64,000 bases of DNA from Polymyxa betae A26-41 (GCA_003693705.1 RBZT01000312.1:62001-126000); one strand, 5' to 3'. Counted from the first letter of the stretch, positions 42,701 through 55,394 are shown. Notes: generated by a model from the sequence alone, not told the origin. A program made the numbers and translations.

Positions 42701-43698
42701 ACGCTAATCAAGCTGGTGGCAGCAATCCAAAAGTCACTCCAGAACAGGTTTACTACGATTTCACAACTGGACGGCGACCTTTCGGTGTCACTTCCATTGG
42801 TGATATTCGCTACCAACAAGGTCGTTCTCCTTATTCGAAAGTATCCATCGAGCTAAGGCTTTTGCTATATAGATGGTGGTGCCTTTTATCTCACCGTATT
42901 CCATCTCGGCTCACTCTTTTTGCCATTGTCGCTCCCAGGAAACGGTTCCGGAGCTCTCCTCAACCGATATTCAGCTACAATGGAGATACAGTTTGACAAG
43001 CTACCGGTAGATAAAGCGGCCGTTATGACTGTTGATCGATTGCGACCAAATCCAATTGTTGGTAATCAGATAATAGCATTTCCGGGTTCTAAGTGTCATG
43101 CTTAGGCATTGTATGTCAATTCAACAGGGCAACTAGGGTTATCTGAGGAAGATTTTGCAATGAGATCAAATGTGGTTGTCACGCCAAAAAAATGGCACAT
43201 GGTGACTATCGTCGTGGATGTTCCTGGGAAAGCAGTAGCTGCATACATTGATGGAGAGATGGCTTTCCGCAAACAAATTAATGCTGTTGTTGATGGCCCA
43301 TTTGCGTTGGATTCCAAGGTAACGCAGCATGCATGCATTCCCAGGTTGTAAATCAATCTAAAATACTATTACAGATCTGCCTATTCAGTACAGCAGTAGG
43401 GGAAGCTTCGCACGAAAAACACATTCGATCTTTCCTTTTGGATTTGGATTGCCACACTGCAGAGACTGTCAAACTGTTGTATGAGACCAAGATGGAGGAG
43501 ACCAAATGGATCTGTTCCGTTTGTACTTATCGCAACAACCGGACAGACGATCATTGCACAGTGTGCTTTACCTATAATCGAGCAGCTGCTGCAGTATCAG
43601 CTACAGGTAATGGTAGCGAATGGAGCTGTCCGGCGTGTACTTTCAAGAATCCAGCATCGGCAGGGTTGTGTTCAATTTGCGAAACCCCTCGGTCTTAA
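27751..43698 (+). CDS. Giant multi-exon protein (~4,000 aa estimate): LamG-like, papain-like, SF2/P-loop ATPase (DUF3638 + DUF3645), EQ tract, EF-hands, second LamG-like domain, two RanBP2/NZF zinc fingers
   Basis: Same-strand exons separated by ~50-nt introns from ATG 27751 to TAA 43698. Motifs: QMIMGAGKT, LIMDEVD, IPFVGKDTPSRSSEFAHPDIILGLTILAY, GFSGTP, ALIDTGALITG, QGAYRMRG, DIDGSGDLNAAE, DTDKDGLISYRD, WICSVCTYRN..CTVC, WSCPACTFKN..CSIC. Confidence 0.85.
40797..40847 (+). repeat. Degenerate hexamer coding repeat (GARCAR)6 encoding EQEQEQEQEQEQ-EIEIE
   Basis: gagcaagaacaggaacaagagcaggagcaagagcaggagatcgagatcgag at the start of an exon of the giant gene. Confidence 0.85.
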
Positions 43699-43716
43699 GT
43701 TATGGAATGGATAAAT

Positions 43717-44565
43717 TTATGTCGCTTCCCGGAGCGTTAATGGGATATCAACGGGCTGAAGTGCACCATCTGGTAGAATTTCCAGGACTTTAATGAAGAA
43801 TTTGGTCGGAATGGGCCCCGGTGATAGAATCACATTGTTGTCGCTGATAAAGAAGGGAATGTTATCATTTATTGACCGGATCGCATCGATGAAAATCAAA
43901 ATTTCGCAATTCGCGCGAATTCCTGAATAACAACAGGCTTCAACAGATGCAACCGAATCGAAATAATGAAAACCGACCACTTTGAACTCTACCGGAATTC
44001 TGCAGTAGTAATGGGCTATCAGCGACAAAATGGATGTGATTTCGACTCATTCGACTTAATCCATTTTGCAGGATAGACGGAATACAGTTCCTGAATGTTC
44101 CATGGACAACAATTGGATGGTGTTCTGCAAGTGGTTGTAGCAGGAGACTGTTATCAATCGAATCGATGGAATGGCCTTGATTGCAACGAATCCAATAGAT
44201 ACCATTGTTATCAGAATACAACGAATACCTTTGCTTGGCGTCAGTTTGTATAATCTGCAGATCGTCAGCAAACAGACTTTCTGATAGCACAGACCGTAAC
44301 CTTCTGTATTCTGTCAACTGTTGGCTTAAACCTTTGGAATTTCTTGTGATTAAGAATTTCGTTCAAGCAAACAAACTGAAAGCCGTTAAGAATACGGCTG
44401 CCAAGCAATCAAACGATGCTTAACTCCATCAGGACGTATTGCAATTCCCATTTTAGGGGCGTCGTGGCGCAGTACTTTCGATAAAAGTTTGCTCAATTGA
44501 ACATCCCTGGCGTCGTTGCGATTACATCTGGATTTTGGAAGCTCTGGTGTTTCAGCGTCACGCAT
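43717..44565 (-). CDS. TPT1: tRNA 2'-phosphotransferase (Tpt1/KptA)
   Basis: LSKLLSKVLRH, KQRY, IRCNQGHS, VHGT, GLSRMSRNHIHF, SGIR, SDNNVILSPG. Confidence 0.92.
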
Positions 44566-44912
44566 GCCTGCCTTCGAAAAGGGATCTTGCTGTTAAAGGC
44601 GCAATTTTTCCTTCTCAAGAAACGAATTGCAGTCCCAGTAAAGAGCCTTCTGCCTCCGCAGTTTCACCATCTCGTAAACTTTCTCAAAAATCTTAACTTT
44701 TTTCAGAAAAAAAAGGAAGGTTTTTGCGAAGCCAAGGAGAGCGGTCGGACAACACAAAAAATTGGTGATAGCGCCTGAACGAAATATCTGAAGTGTCTTA
44801 ATATAAATATGCTCACTGGTAGCTAAATGTGAGTTGGACTTCCATAGAGAGAATCGCTTGTTGGAAAAAACAGAGCCACGGCAGTTTCACAATTAGCTTC
44901 ACTTTCAGACTG

Positions 44913-46154
44913 ATGGCTGACCGAATGCAGCGATTGATGCAAAGGCATCAGGAACGGCAAGCTAAACAAGCAGCCGATAGAGAAGCACGACAGCAGGCTC
45001 GCGAGAAAGGCAATGGCGAGAGCGTTTCCGAATTCGAGGAAGAAATCGAGAGATATTACTCCGACATCAGAACAGCGATTGCTGGTAAAGAGTTCCAAGA
45101 AGCCCAGCAGCTTTTACGATCTGCAAATGCGTTTCTCAATAAGTGGACCAATTCTCTTCCCTCCTATACTGTTAAACAGACACAAAATGTTAGAACAGTT
45201 CGACAGACGAACCGCGACGATTTATTCATTGCTGTTTATCAGGCAATCGATAGCTTAGATAAGGAGATCTCACAGAAACTGGCTGTTGTACAGCCTAGGA
45301 AGAGGTTCAGCTTCAGATCAGTGCAGCCAGCTTCTAATGAAGGAAGTCAACCACAAAAGCAGTCGGATGTTGAAAGCCACACCGTTGATGCTTTAGGTTT
45401 GACCTTACTCAATTCTTTGTTGAAGGTATTCAGAATGCTGTGCTAGATGAGATGCTGAAGGATCGTTTATCATCTAACGATATAATGATTAAGAATTTGT
45501 AGGATCGTCTTTTATCGATTGTGTCTGTCATCAAATGTTTGCAGGACTGATGAAAAGTATCGCCATACAGACGCCAATTCTAAAATCAATTCCATTACCA
45601 TCATAGATGTTAAGGCCAGTATTATCAGCATATGTCGAACGATCTCATCGTTGCGAATCGTATCGGTGCAGGTTTGCTTCTCATACCATTTCGTTCTCGT
45701 AACTGATTCGAGTCGCATTAGGATAGTCTAATCATGGTTGGTCCTGTAGCCGGTTCTGTTTACGTTGAAAATTGTAGAAATTGTACTTTGATCTTTGCTT
45801 CTAGACAGGTTCACACATAGCTTTTGAATTGGTCAACTGCTCAATTTCACATTCTAGGTTCGAATTCATAAAACACATCATGTGAACTTGTACATTTTTG
45901 CTAAATCGAATCCCATCATCGAAGATTGTTCCAAGATTGCAGTGGCTCCATTCAACTTCGTCTACGATGACATCGAGCAGAGTCTGACGGCCGCCGATCT
46001 GACCAGTACCAACATGTACGACCAGGTCCAGGATTTCAAATGGCTTAAAGACGGCGCTGCTCCGAACTGGTCCATCATACCCGAATCGCTGCGAATTGGG
46101 GAATTCCGACCTGATTGTGATACTTTATTGATTCCAAACACGAATAAAGGTTAA
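44913..46154 (+). CDS. TBCC: Tubulin-folding cofactor C
   Basis: N-terminal helical domain with LPSY and PRKRFSF; C-CAP domain GPVAGSVYVENC, RQ-VRIH, SNPIIEDC, VQDFKWLK..PNW. Confidence 0.88.
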
Positions 46155-46358
46155 AGTTGTAACATTACAGAATTGAGTCCATCTTGTAGGTAGGCAGGAG
46201 GCCTCTCCTTGTTGTCTTGAGTCTTGAGAAAGCCAGAAAGGCCTCTCCTCTAATGGAAGATTTCTAGAAGAAGGCTCTCATTTGATAGTGCGTCCAGGAG
46301 CAGCAAAAGCCAACTTGCATCCAATCTGTCTCTTTCCTCTTCAATAGGATACCGTTTG

Positions 46359-47067
46359 ATGGCTGGCACCAGTTCACGATTGCTTAAAGAGTATCGTGAT
46401 ATCGCTCATGAAGGCACTCGTCATGATTCCCATCATCAGCATGATCGGGTGTTAATCTTCCCAAACAGTATGTCTGATCTGACGGTAATCATCTCATTGT
46501 TTCAGCAATTGCAAGGACTGACAGCTGTACCAGCAATGGACAGCATATATTTGTGGGCCAGACGAGACTCCGTTTCATAATCGATACTTCCAGCTAAGCA
46601 TTCAAGTCCCCAAATCTTATCCTTTGGAAGCACCGAAAATAAAGGTAAAGGGCTTAAAACCGTTTACTTCAAGAAAACTCACCAAGTAATAAGTTTGTTA
46701 CTCCAATATTCCATCCAAATATTCATTTCAAGGTAGCTTTTCCTTCATCAAGTCGTCCATCTGTAGTCATTTTGTCAATAGACCGGCGAAATATGCCTTG
46801 ATATTTTGAAATCGGAATGGAGTCCAGCATGGACACTGATCGCTGCTTGTAGAGCTATCATTGCAATGTTATCGCATCCAGAGCCGGATAGCCCACTGAA
46901 CTGCAATGCAGGTAGAGAATAAGCATCAAGATTCCTCTGACTACAACTGATACTTTGAAGGCAATTTACTTAGAGATGGCGATAAGCTAGGATATGATTC
47001 TCTTGCAAGAATGTACGCTATCGATTTAGGCATGTCCGAGCCGCCAATTCCTGATTCAGAATCTTAA
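46359..47067 (+). CDS. PEX4: Peroxin-4 / E2 ubiquitin-conjugating enzyme
   Basis: RLLKEY; GPDETPF; FHPNIHFKTGEICLDILKSEWSPAWTL (catalytic Cys); PEPDSPLNCNAGNLLR. Confidence 0.9.
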
Positions 47068-47096
47068 ATTACTCGGTTTAGCATCCGTTGATATTA

Positions 47097-48707
47097 TTAT
47101 GCCTCGTTAGATTTCGCCACGCTTGTCGATAACATTTCTCGGATACTTATCGATATATGATTCTCAAATGATTCGCCATCTATCCGATATTCATATTGGC
47201 ACATCATACCAAAACTATTCATGATTCCTCGACGGCTCAGATCGGCGCCCCAATGTATGTCTGCGAGACGAGCACCATTATGAGTATGGAATCTGATGTG
47301 GTATTTCAAATTTCAAAGAGAACGAGCTCAGATCAGGACCACATGCCTAAATACGGGATCCAATGAAGCTTCATTAGCGTCTTTCTCCAATGCTAAATAA
47401 CGAAGGCACTTTTTAATTATGACTGCTTTGTATGAATCTAGTATTGAAGGATCATCTAGAGCTGTCCTCAGGATGTCCTCGCACCTGGAATGCCCGAAAT
47501 TAGAATTAATCAGCATGAGAAACGGTACCTCTTTATACCATACGCTGTTTTCAGTTTTTAGCCATTTTATCAAGCCAGGGATCGGCGACAACGTGAGAAC
47601 GCTCTTAAGACCAGGGAATTCAGTTCGAAGCTACTGAGATTATTGAGACGGCCTCTCTTTAAACGAAAAACCAACCATTTGTATTGCTTTTTTGATAGTC
47701 CATCCAGCAAGCCCAAATCTTGACGCTCCTTGATGGCCATTACTTATAGAGTAACAAACAGCGGTGTCTATAGCACAGGGTTATAAGATGGACAACATCC
47801 GAGAGACTATTCGAAACTACTAAAGCTCACCGCAGGTAGAATCATTAAATTTATAACGACCTGAAAGAACATCTTCGATGTTCGTTGGAAGGTTTTCACT
47901 ATCAACTAAGGCGATGTATAATACTGTCAATGGACTATTCCGAAGTGCTGGATGAATTAGGGCAAACACTCGCCTCCCTGCAAAAAGATTAAACTATGGA
48001 ACTCGCTGATGGCTTTTTGAACCTGCTCCAAATCGAACGCCATAATCAGATTCTGACTGGAAAGGATACAACTGATGGTAAATCAATGAGCACATTAGAA
48101 CAGTGAAGCGGTCACTCACTGCTTCAACATTGGCGACCGATTGTTTAATGCTGAGATCTGATGACTGAAATACTGGTTGCAATTGCAACAGACCAGGATT
48201 GAGACAAACTTCCAGTAATGAGGTGATCTCAAAGTCCACAATAGGAAACTTCTGAGACTTATCAGCTCCTACGTCTTTCCGAATATCCAAAAGCATGCCA
48301 AGCCCAACTGGAACATTCTGCAAAATCGACCTGACAATAATCAGCAGATTGTACAGCTTCATCACAGTTTAGACCTAAATAACGCCGCCAAAGGCGAACT
48401 GAGAGCTTTACGTAATTCTATGGCTTTTCTTATCCTGAACATTTTTGAGCCTTCACTGGCTAAATATTCATTCGCGCGTTGATGACAAAGAATCCAATTT
48501 GCTCCGCCTATCCTCTCAGCCCATCTCAAGCCGCGATGCCGGTTCTCGAGATTCTCTCCTTTGTATAATCGACATATTTCTAAGAGATCATTCTTTGAAT
48601 TAAGTAAGCAACCCAGTGACGTGTCTCAATAAGGTAGACACCTTCAACGACACGTCCCAATCAATGTTGCCTGCAAGCGCTTTTCTGATACGCGCCAACA
48701 TCACCAT
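47097..48707 (-). CDS. MLYCD: Divergent malonyl-CoA decarboxylase
   Basis: After splicing: RRVFALIHP..PLTVLYIAL, AVCYSISN, TLSPIPG, RYLALEK, DPV..FHTHNGA, WGADLSRRGIMNSFGMM. Confidence 0.85.
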
Positions 48708-49326
48708 AATGGTGTGCTGGCGCTAGCACTTAGCGGTTAATGAACTGCGAAAAGACACTGCTTCTATGTATACTTATACAACGTTGAGAATCAGAATGCT
48801 ACACGGCTTATGGCCAACCAACATTTGCCCAGAAATGTGGCAATCTGTGTATAATTTCAGCTCGGCTGAGTTGCTAATATTTCTCTTCTTGCATATCTAC
48901 TTGTTGATTGACTCTCTGCTTGTCCGCAAACAGACAAAATTCTCTTCTAATGTGCATTATCTTTAAAAGTAGCTGCTTCATAGGCGGCATTCAGTATAAA
49001 CGAAAAACCAATCACAACAATAACATCGTGTTATTGTCATCAAGTTAGTCCACAAAAAAATTCAGCATGTTGAGCTACAAGCAATTATGGCTGCTTTCGA
49101 ATCGGTGAGAACCACACTTAGTTCTCAGTCAGAAATATTGATAGCAGGTTGAGAACAGGTCCGGCCCGATATCAGCTAACCTCCGAGCCCATCCGACCAC
49201 CTTTTTAATGGCTTGTCAAACAATCATTCTATTAACTACATTGTAATCAACGCATCTTGTCGTAGATTGCCATAAAAGTTCACCTCACAGCATTTTCCAT
49301 AATCTTATAGGCCCTGCAAAATAAAG

Positions 49327-50817
49327 ATGGGGGTTAAACTGTTCGTAACGATCAGCTTCGTGATCCTCGCAGTAGCATTTGTCGAACCGCGACTGAATGC
49401 AGCTGAGCTCATGAGGCTACTTTTCGGCAATATGCTGGATTCAAGCTTACACACATTGAACAAATGGAGCGATTATCAATACGAAAAGAATTCAGATACT
49501 CAGCATCTTCAACACGATGACGGCACCGTTCGAGTCCGTTTGAATGATATCAAATCGAAAGCACTTCCCGTTCAATATCATCCATATGCCAAGTATGGTG
49601 TCACACAGCCTGAGAATCCACCAACGATTCCTCTCCAAGACTTTATGAATGCTCAGTATTATGGTCTGATTGGAATCGGATCACCACCGCAGTCGTTCGA
49701 AGTCATCTTCGATACTGGAAGCTCGAATCTCTGGGTTCCTTCGTCGATGTGCGAGAACTGCAACCATGCCAAGTATTATCATGACAAATCGTCTACCTAC
49801 GAGAAGAACGGGACCGAATTCGCAATTCGATATGGAAGCGGGTCGTTAAGCGGGTTTGTTAGTAGAGATGTGGTGACGTGGGCTGGGTTAAAGGTCAAGG
49901 ATGTCGACTTTGCTGAAGCCACCGACGAACCTGGAGAAACCTTTCGTCGTGGAAAGTTTGATGGCATTCTTGGAATGGTGGGAAGCAAATGCAACTTGTT
50001 CAAAAAATAATTCAGATTGTTTAGGCATTTCGATCGATTAGCGTGGACGATATGGATCCCATCTTCCAACGAACCTGGGAACAGCAGCTGATCCCACAGA
50101 ACATGTTCGCTTTCTACCTGCCGAGTAGAACCGGACGTGCTGGCGAGCTGGTCCTCGGAGGATACGATGAATCACATTTCCGAGGCGATATCACCTGGGT
50201 GGACTTAACCAGCGAGACGTATTGGGAGACAGAAGTCGACTGTATCGGGCTCAAGGGCCGAGATCCATCTGGCATTAAGACTGTAATTATCGATACAGGA
50301 ACGTCTCTGATTGCTGGACCGAAAGATGAGATTGATGCAATCGCTAATCATGTTGGTAAGTGCAAGTCAAATGAATGGTCACACCCCCATCTGATAGTGC
50401 AATTGAAGGTGCATTCGCAAGCCCTATGGGTGGCGTCTATATTATTTCATGTGGCCAGGCAAAGAATCTGCCTAATTTTGAAGTGTCGATGGGTGGGCGT
50501 ACGTTCGTACTCAAAGGAGAGCATTATATTATGAAGGTGAAGCTGCTGGGATTCCCCGTTTGCATTCTAGGCATGGTTGGCATCGATGTCCCAGCTCCTC
50601 GAGGCCCTCTATGGATACTGGGTAAATTCCTTGGATTGCGATTACATTTTGAAAACTGAACGCCGATTCCCCAGGCGATACTTTCATTCGGCAGTTCTAC
50701 AGCATTTTCGACGTGGACAACCTGCGTATGGGTTTCGCTGACGTCAATCTCGGATACAGAAGCAGACTGAGTAACCTGCTGAAAGACAGGAGACAAGATG
50801 CAGTATCGCTAGCATAA
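49327..50817 (+). CDS. Pepsin-family (A1) aspartic protease, cathepsin D/proteinase A-like, with signal peptide
   Basis: [44 protein letters not shown]. Confidence 0.95.
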
Positions 50818-50955
50818 TCAAAGCCGCAAACTTTTGCCTTGTTTTCCAGTCACTGCGCAATTGTGTAAAATAAAGTGCGACAGGACTTTTAGGAGGAGTT
50901 GACATTGGTGTTAATTATTTGTGGTAGCATCGACCATAGAAGTTTGTCAAACCAG

Positions 50956-51685
50956 ATGAATCAGATTCGCGAAATCGAGCGAATCAATAGGAAAGAGGCT
51001 GAGGCTGGTGTGCCTGAGAGTGGCTCCTGGCATGCTGAATACAAACACAGCGCGTAACTTGACTTTCTGTATCTCTCTGTCAGTACGCTGATGATGGCTT
51101 TCTAGCTACGTAATTGCCTCTGGATTGGATTATCGACTATCGGAAGGCGACATAATTGTTATTTTCTCCCAGTGTGGCGAAATCGTGGATCTCAACTTAA
51201 TTCGGGATAAGAAAACAGGAAAATCAAAAGGATTTGCTTTTATTGCTTACGAGGATCAGCGAAGCACTGTCCTAGCAGTTGATAATTTTAACGGTGCGAA
51301 GGTTGGCGATTTTATAATTGAGTTCTCCATTGGTTGAGCTGATTGCTAGCTATGCGGTCGCATTCTTCGTGTCGACCACGTCAGGCAATATCGACGACCT
51401 GAGACTTCGCTTAAAGCCGGTAGTGAAGGTGTCAATGAGACAGATGAAGACTATGACACAAGGAGGCGACGAATATGGCCCTATACACCTGATACTAGAA
51501 CTCCACTGGTTTCCGAAACCAAGCAGCCTGAAAAGCCCCAGTTGGACAAATCACTTCCGGAACCTGCAGAAGCCCCAGTAAACGAAGATGCTCAGGTGGC
51601 GCGAATCGAAGCCATCCGTCTGCGGCGCAAGCATCATCTGGAGCAGCTACAGAAATCATTTGAACAACAATCGAAGCCTCGTTAA
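50956..51685 (+). CDS. RBMX2: RES-complex RRM protein RBMX2/Ist3(Snu17)
   Basis: [56 protein letters not shown]. Confidence 0.92.
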
Positions 51686-51942
51686 ACTGACTCTATTAAG
51701 ATGAATGGCTGGCGGAGCCTCGTAGGGTTCATCAGGTTTTCGATACCCCATGACCCCCATTTTTAACCCCAAATTGTGATGGTATCGGGTGCTATTATAT
51801 AATTCGGTCATAGAAACACGTGTTGTCGGGTCACTGGGTCTACTGTTACCGCAACATTAAATAGGCCAATAACTTGTACTCTCTTTGTCATTGTACTGTA
51901 TCGGGCTTATTGTCATTTACTTTATAACGGCTCTTGCCGACC

Positions 51943-52868
51943 ATGACTAGCTCGATCGGCAGCGAGCCCGAACAGCCGCCGTCGGTTTTCAACGTGATTC
52001 CTGGCGGGTCACTGATTCTACATCTGCCCGGAAGCGGGCTGCTGCTGCAAGGCGAGAATGTGGTTCGAGGCGTGGTCGCGTCCGGGCTGAAATGGATTTT
52101 TGGTGGCAATCCTCCCGCCGATCCAGAACCTGTGCCGGATTCAGATACAAAATATAATGCTTTACATTCGGCAGTCCAAGAGCTCGTCGAAATGTTTGAC
52201 GACGATTCTAAAGATGAAGCTCATTCCAGTCTTACAGGTTTTTAGCAAAGCTGATAGATTTTTTTTATTCAGTTTTTACCGATTTTTAGGAATTGACCTG
52301 CTGCGAGCTACTAAAATTCGAGTTCGCGCCCTTGAAAATGAGATCAAAGTTGAAAGGCAAGCTCGGATCCGGGCCGAAGCGAGAATAGGTACGTTACGTT
52401 TAAATTCGTCAAGTGTTTTTCTGAAAGCAAAATGTCAGCGGAATTAGAACGTATAAAGGTTATGGTTGAAGAACAGAAAAGGGAGCATCGAAGGCTGGAA
52501 CAAGAACTGCAGAAGTTCGCCAGTCTTGAAGAAGAGTATTTTGATGCCGAGCGTGAACTCGAACAGGTCCAGGATGAGATTTTTCACATGAAGGAGAGAA
52601 AAGCATGCGGCCTCAACGACCTGAATCCAGCAACAATGAGTACGTTAACTTTCAATTTCGGATCGATTCTTTAACTTCGTCTGATGTCGTAGGCGTTAGT
52701 GATCTCGAACAAACGCTTGAGCAGATGAAAATGGAGTCCCGTGAAGATCGGGGTCTTAAAGCACAAATCAATTCTACAGTTCTGAAAGAAATTCACTCTG
52801 AGATGCTCATAGACCAGAAACATCGCGAATTCAAGCGTCGATCACAGAAACTTTTCGATAAGGAATGA
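51943..52868 (+). CDS. Hypothetical coiled-coil protein, multi-exon
   Basis: Same-strand ORF pieces joinable through short introns; heptad-rich C-terminal half. Confidence 0.55.
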
Positions 52869-53837
52869 GGGCTTATTATCGTTTCCTTTAAGGCAAACAC
52901 AGAAGATAAAAGTTCCAAATCCAGTAAAACGAGCTTCAATTTATCAGGATCCCGTTAAGCGGCTCTCTAATTATTGCCATAAATATTAGCAAGTCACTCT
53001 TAAAGAACGTTGTCATCGTAAACGTCGGTGTAGACCACCTTAAACCCTTGGTGAATAATCATAGTTCTTGCTCGCATATCAATACCTAGAACCGATCAGA
53101 TCTGCCTTAAAATGGATCAATCAACGTCAGCAATACCAAGCTCGGCGCCTGCACCCGATGGATGCCAGTCGTGATGATCATGGTCGCGTCTCTTATCTCG
53201 GCCAGCTCGGCGCCGGCTACTATATGATGCCTGTAATCCCGACTGTAATGCTTTCATCATCACAATCACTGACTGAATATGATTTATTCCGCAACTCATT
53301 ATAATCGTCATGTTCATTGCAAGATCGGGATTTTATTCAAGCATCTGCTTAATCGCCCTGAGAAAATTCTATTTGAAATAATTTCTCGCGCATGTACAGC
53401 CGTAATGAAACGCGGCTAACCATGATCGCATCATTGTCCTCATGTGGCCTTGGTCGACTTTAATATGTGCAGATATCAGCCAAGATTGTGGTTGTTCTGC
53501 AGAAGCGGGCAATGCGCCCATATCGATTGACGCTCAAGCTTGAATTGGGCATTATAATGTGCTGTTGTCAACGTCACTGTAGATGCGTTGCCGGATATCG
53601 GTTCAATAATGAGACAAGCCCCGACGGCATCAAATGAAGCAGGAGCGGGCGAACACGCTCCTGCAGGTGCGTTTATATCGCAACTAATGCCCACTGACCA
53701 GATCAGAATACGCTGATCTCGTTCATACCCAGTCATGCTGGCCCCCATTACTAAACCTTCTGCAAATCGATGGTTAAATCTACATGATGAACATGTGCTG
53801 ATAATGGTGATTGCTGTTAAACAGTGTAATAATCGAT

Positions 53838-54454
53838 TTACGAGGAATTCTGCCGATCAGCTTCTGCTTTCCGCTTCTGGAGCAGATGCTGGATAGTGAC
53901 GAGACCTTCCCTTTTACGGCCCAGTTCGGTATCAGCTTCAGCAATCTTGGTGCCGATCACGCCCAGTTTCCGGCTGAAATATTCGGCGGCGTCCGAGACG
54001 CGTTTCTCAATGAAATATCCTGATTTAGAGCTCAGATCTTGATTAGGAGAGGGCACGAAACATGCCTCTTACCTGTTCCAGCATCTACAAGAACCTTTTC
54101 ATTATCAGATAATATACCAGGAGCGTATAGAGAATCTGTTAATGGCACAAGAACATCCTTGCCTGTTTTAAACAGAATTGGTTGCAAAATCCAACGCGAA
54201 AATCTACGATATCCGATCTACCTGAGCTGAACGTTTTGAGACCTTCTAACGCCTTCTGCGAAGTTTGAAACCGGGAGGCGCCTATTCTCAGCGTATTCGA
54301 TGCCTGAGCGAGACCTTGAACTTCCTGTTACCCAGATTTAGTCAAGCATCGGGACGACGACAGGATCGGCAGAGACCTGCTCGAACTGGTTCTTGAGCAT
54401 GACCAGCTGCTCATACGGCAACGTTGAGATATCGATCTGCTGTGGCTGAGACAT
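53838..54454 (-). CDS. PFDN5: Prefoldin subunit 5 (alpha type)
   Basis: [34 protein letters not shown]. Confidence 0.92.
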
Positions 54455-55394
54455 GGTCGAATGCAGCACGACGATGACCGTGGCCCGATGTGCTGCTCGG
54501 TAGTACCCGCCCTCACCAATCACGGACAATGAAGAGCGACCACTGTTTTTTGATGCGGTTCAGCGCGCAACGACAACGCCGAATTTGCTTGGATGGCAAT
54601 CGTTAAAATAAAACCGAACTGAGATCGACGTTGCAATCGGGACAACAAAGCTTCATTCATATTGGATGACGATAATGGAGGAATTTGTACTCTGTGATTA
54701 TTATCAGGGATGTCTCTAACTAATGCTGGCACGAGGAGCGTCTTTCAGCCAAATCTGCCTGGAAACCATCTCATGTTCTGCTCTGATCGTAATACGCGGA
54801 ATGAAAACAGCATAGTCTGGGAGTTCATCAACAGATCGCAACCTTTGAGCTCTACACGCTGTTTGCCAAATGAATCGGTCGCGAATTCAACCAGCAGAAT
54901 GATACACGAAAGTTGGTGAGAACAAGTTCGATTTGTTTAAGGAGATGAATGATATCGGGCATCGGCTGGCACATTACATCTACGTCTTTTCAGAACAGAT
55001 GCAAAGTTTCCTATATTGACACCCAGAATGCTATACGATCAGCGTGGCACATATTTATCATTAATCTGATGCATTTGTGTGGCAGAATCCGCTAATCGAT
55101 TGATTCATGACCCGCTATTAAGAGACACAACTCCGTATAAACAACTTCGATCTCAAAACCCCATTATGGGACCTTTCGTTCGAGTTCGGATATCCTTCAG
55201 ATGCGAAACAAATGCAATCGGATTTCTTACAGCCATAAACTGTGGCGATCACGTTTGGCGCCCTGTCATGCTACTCTTGAAGACGTTGATCTTGTTCAGT
55301 GGAATTACGATGCGCTCGGAATGGAGAATACTCGATGAAGCAATCGGCCGATGACTCTGGAATCATTGGTTGAAATGCTGGCAGGCAGAGTTTC

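Noticed and set aside
46198-46250. AGGCCTCTCCT repeated twice upstream of PEX4
   Set aside because: Only two 11-bp copies, with no other support for function
53068-53754. Short ORFs on both strands, with a signal-peptide-like piece and possible plus-strand exons
   Set aside because: No coherent gene model could be assembled; needs RNA-seq
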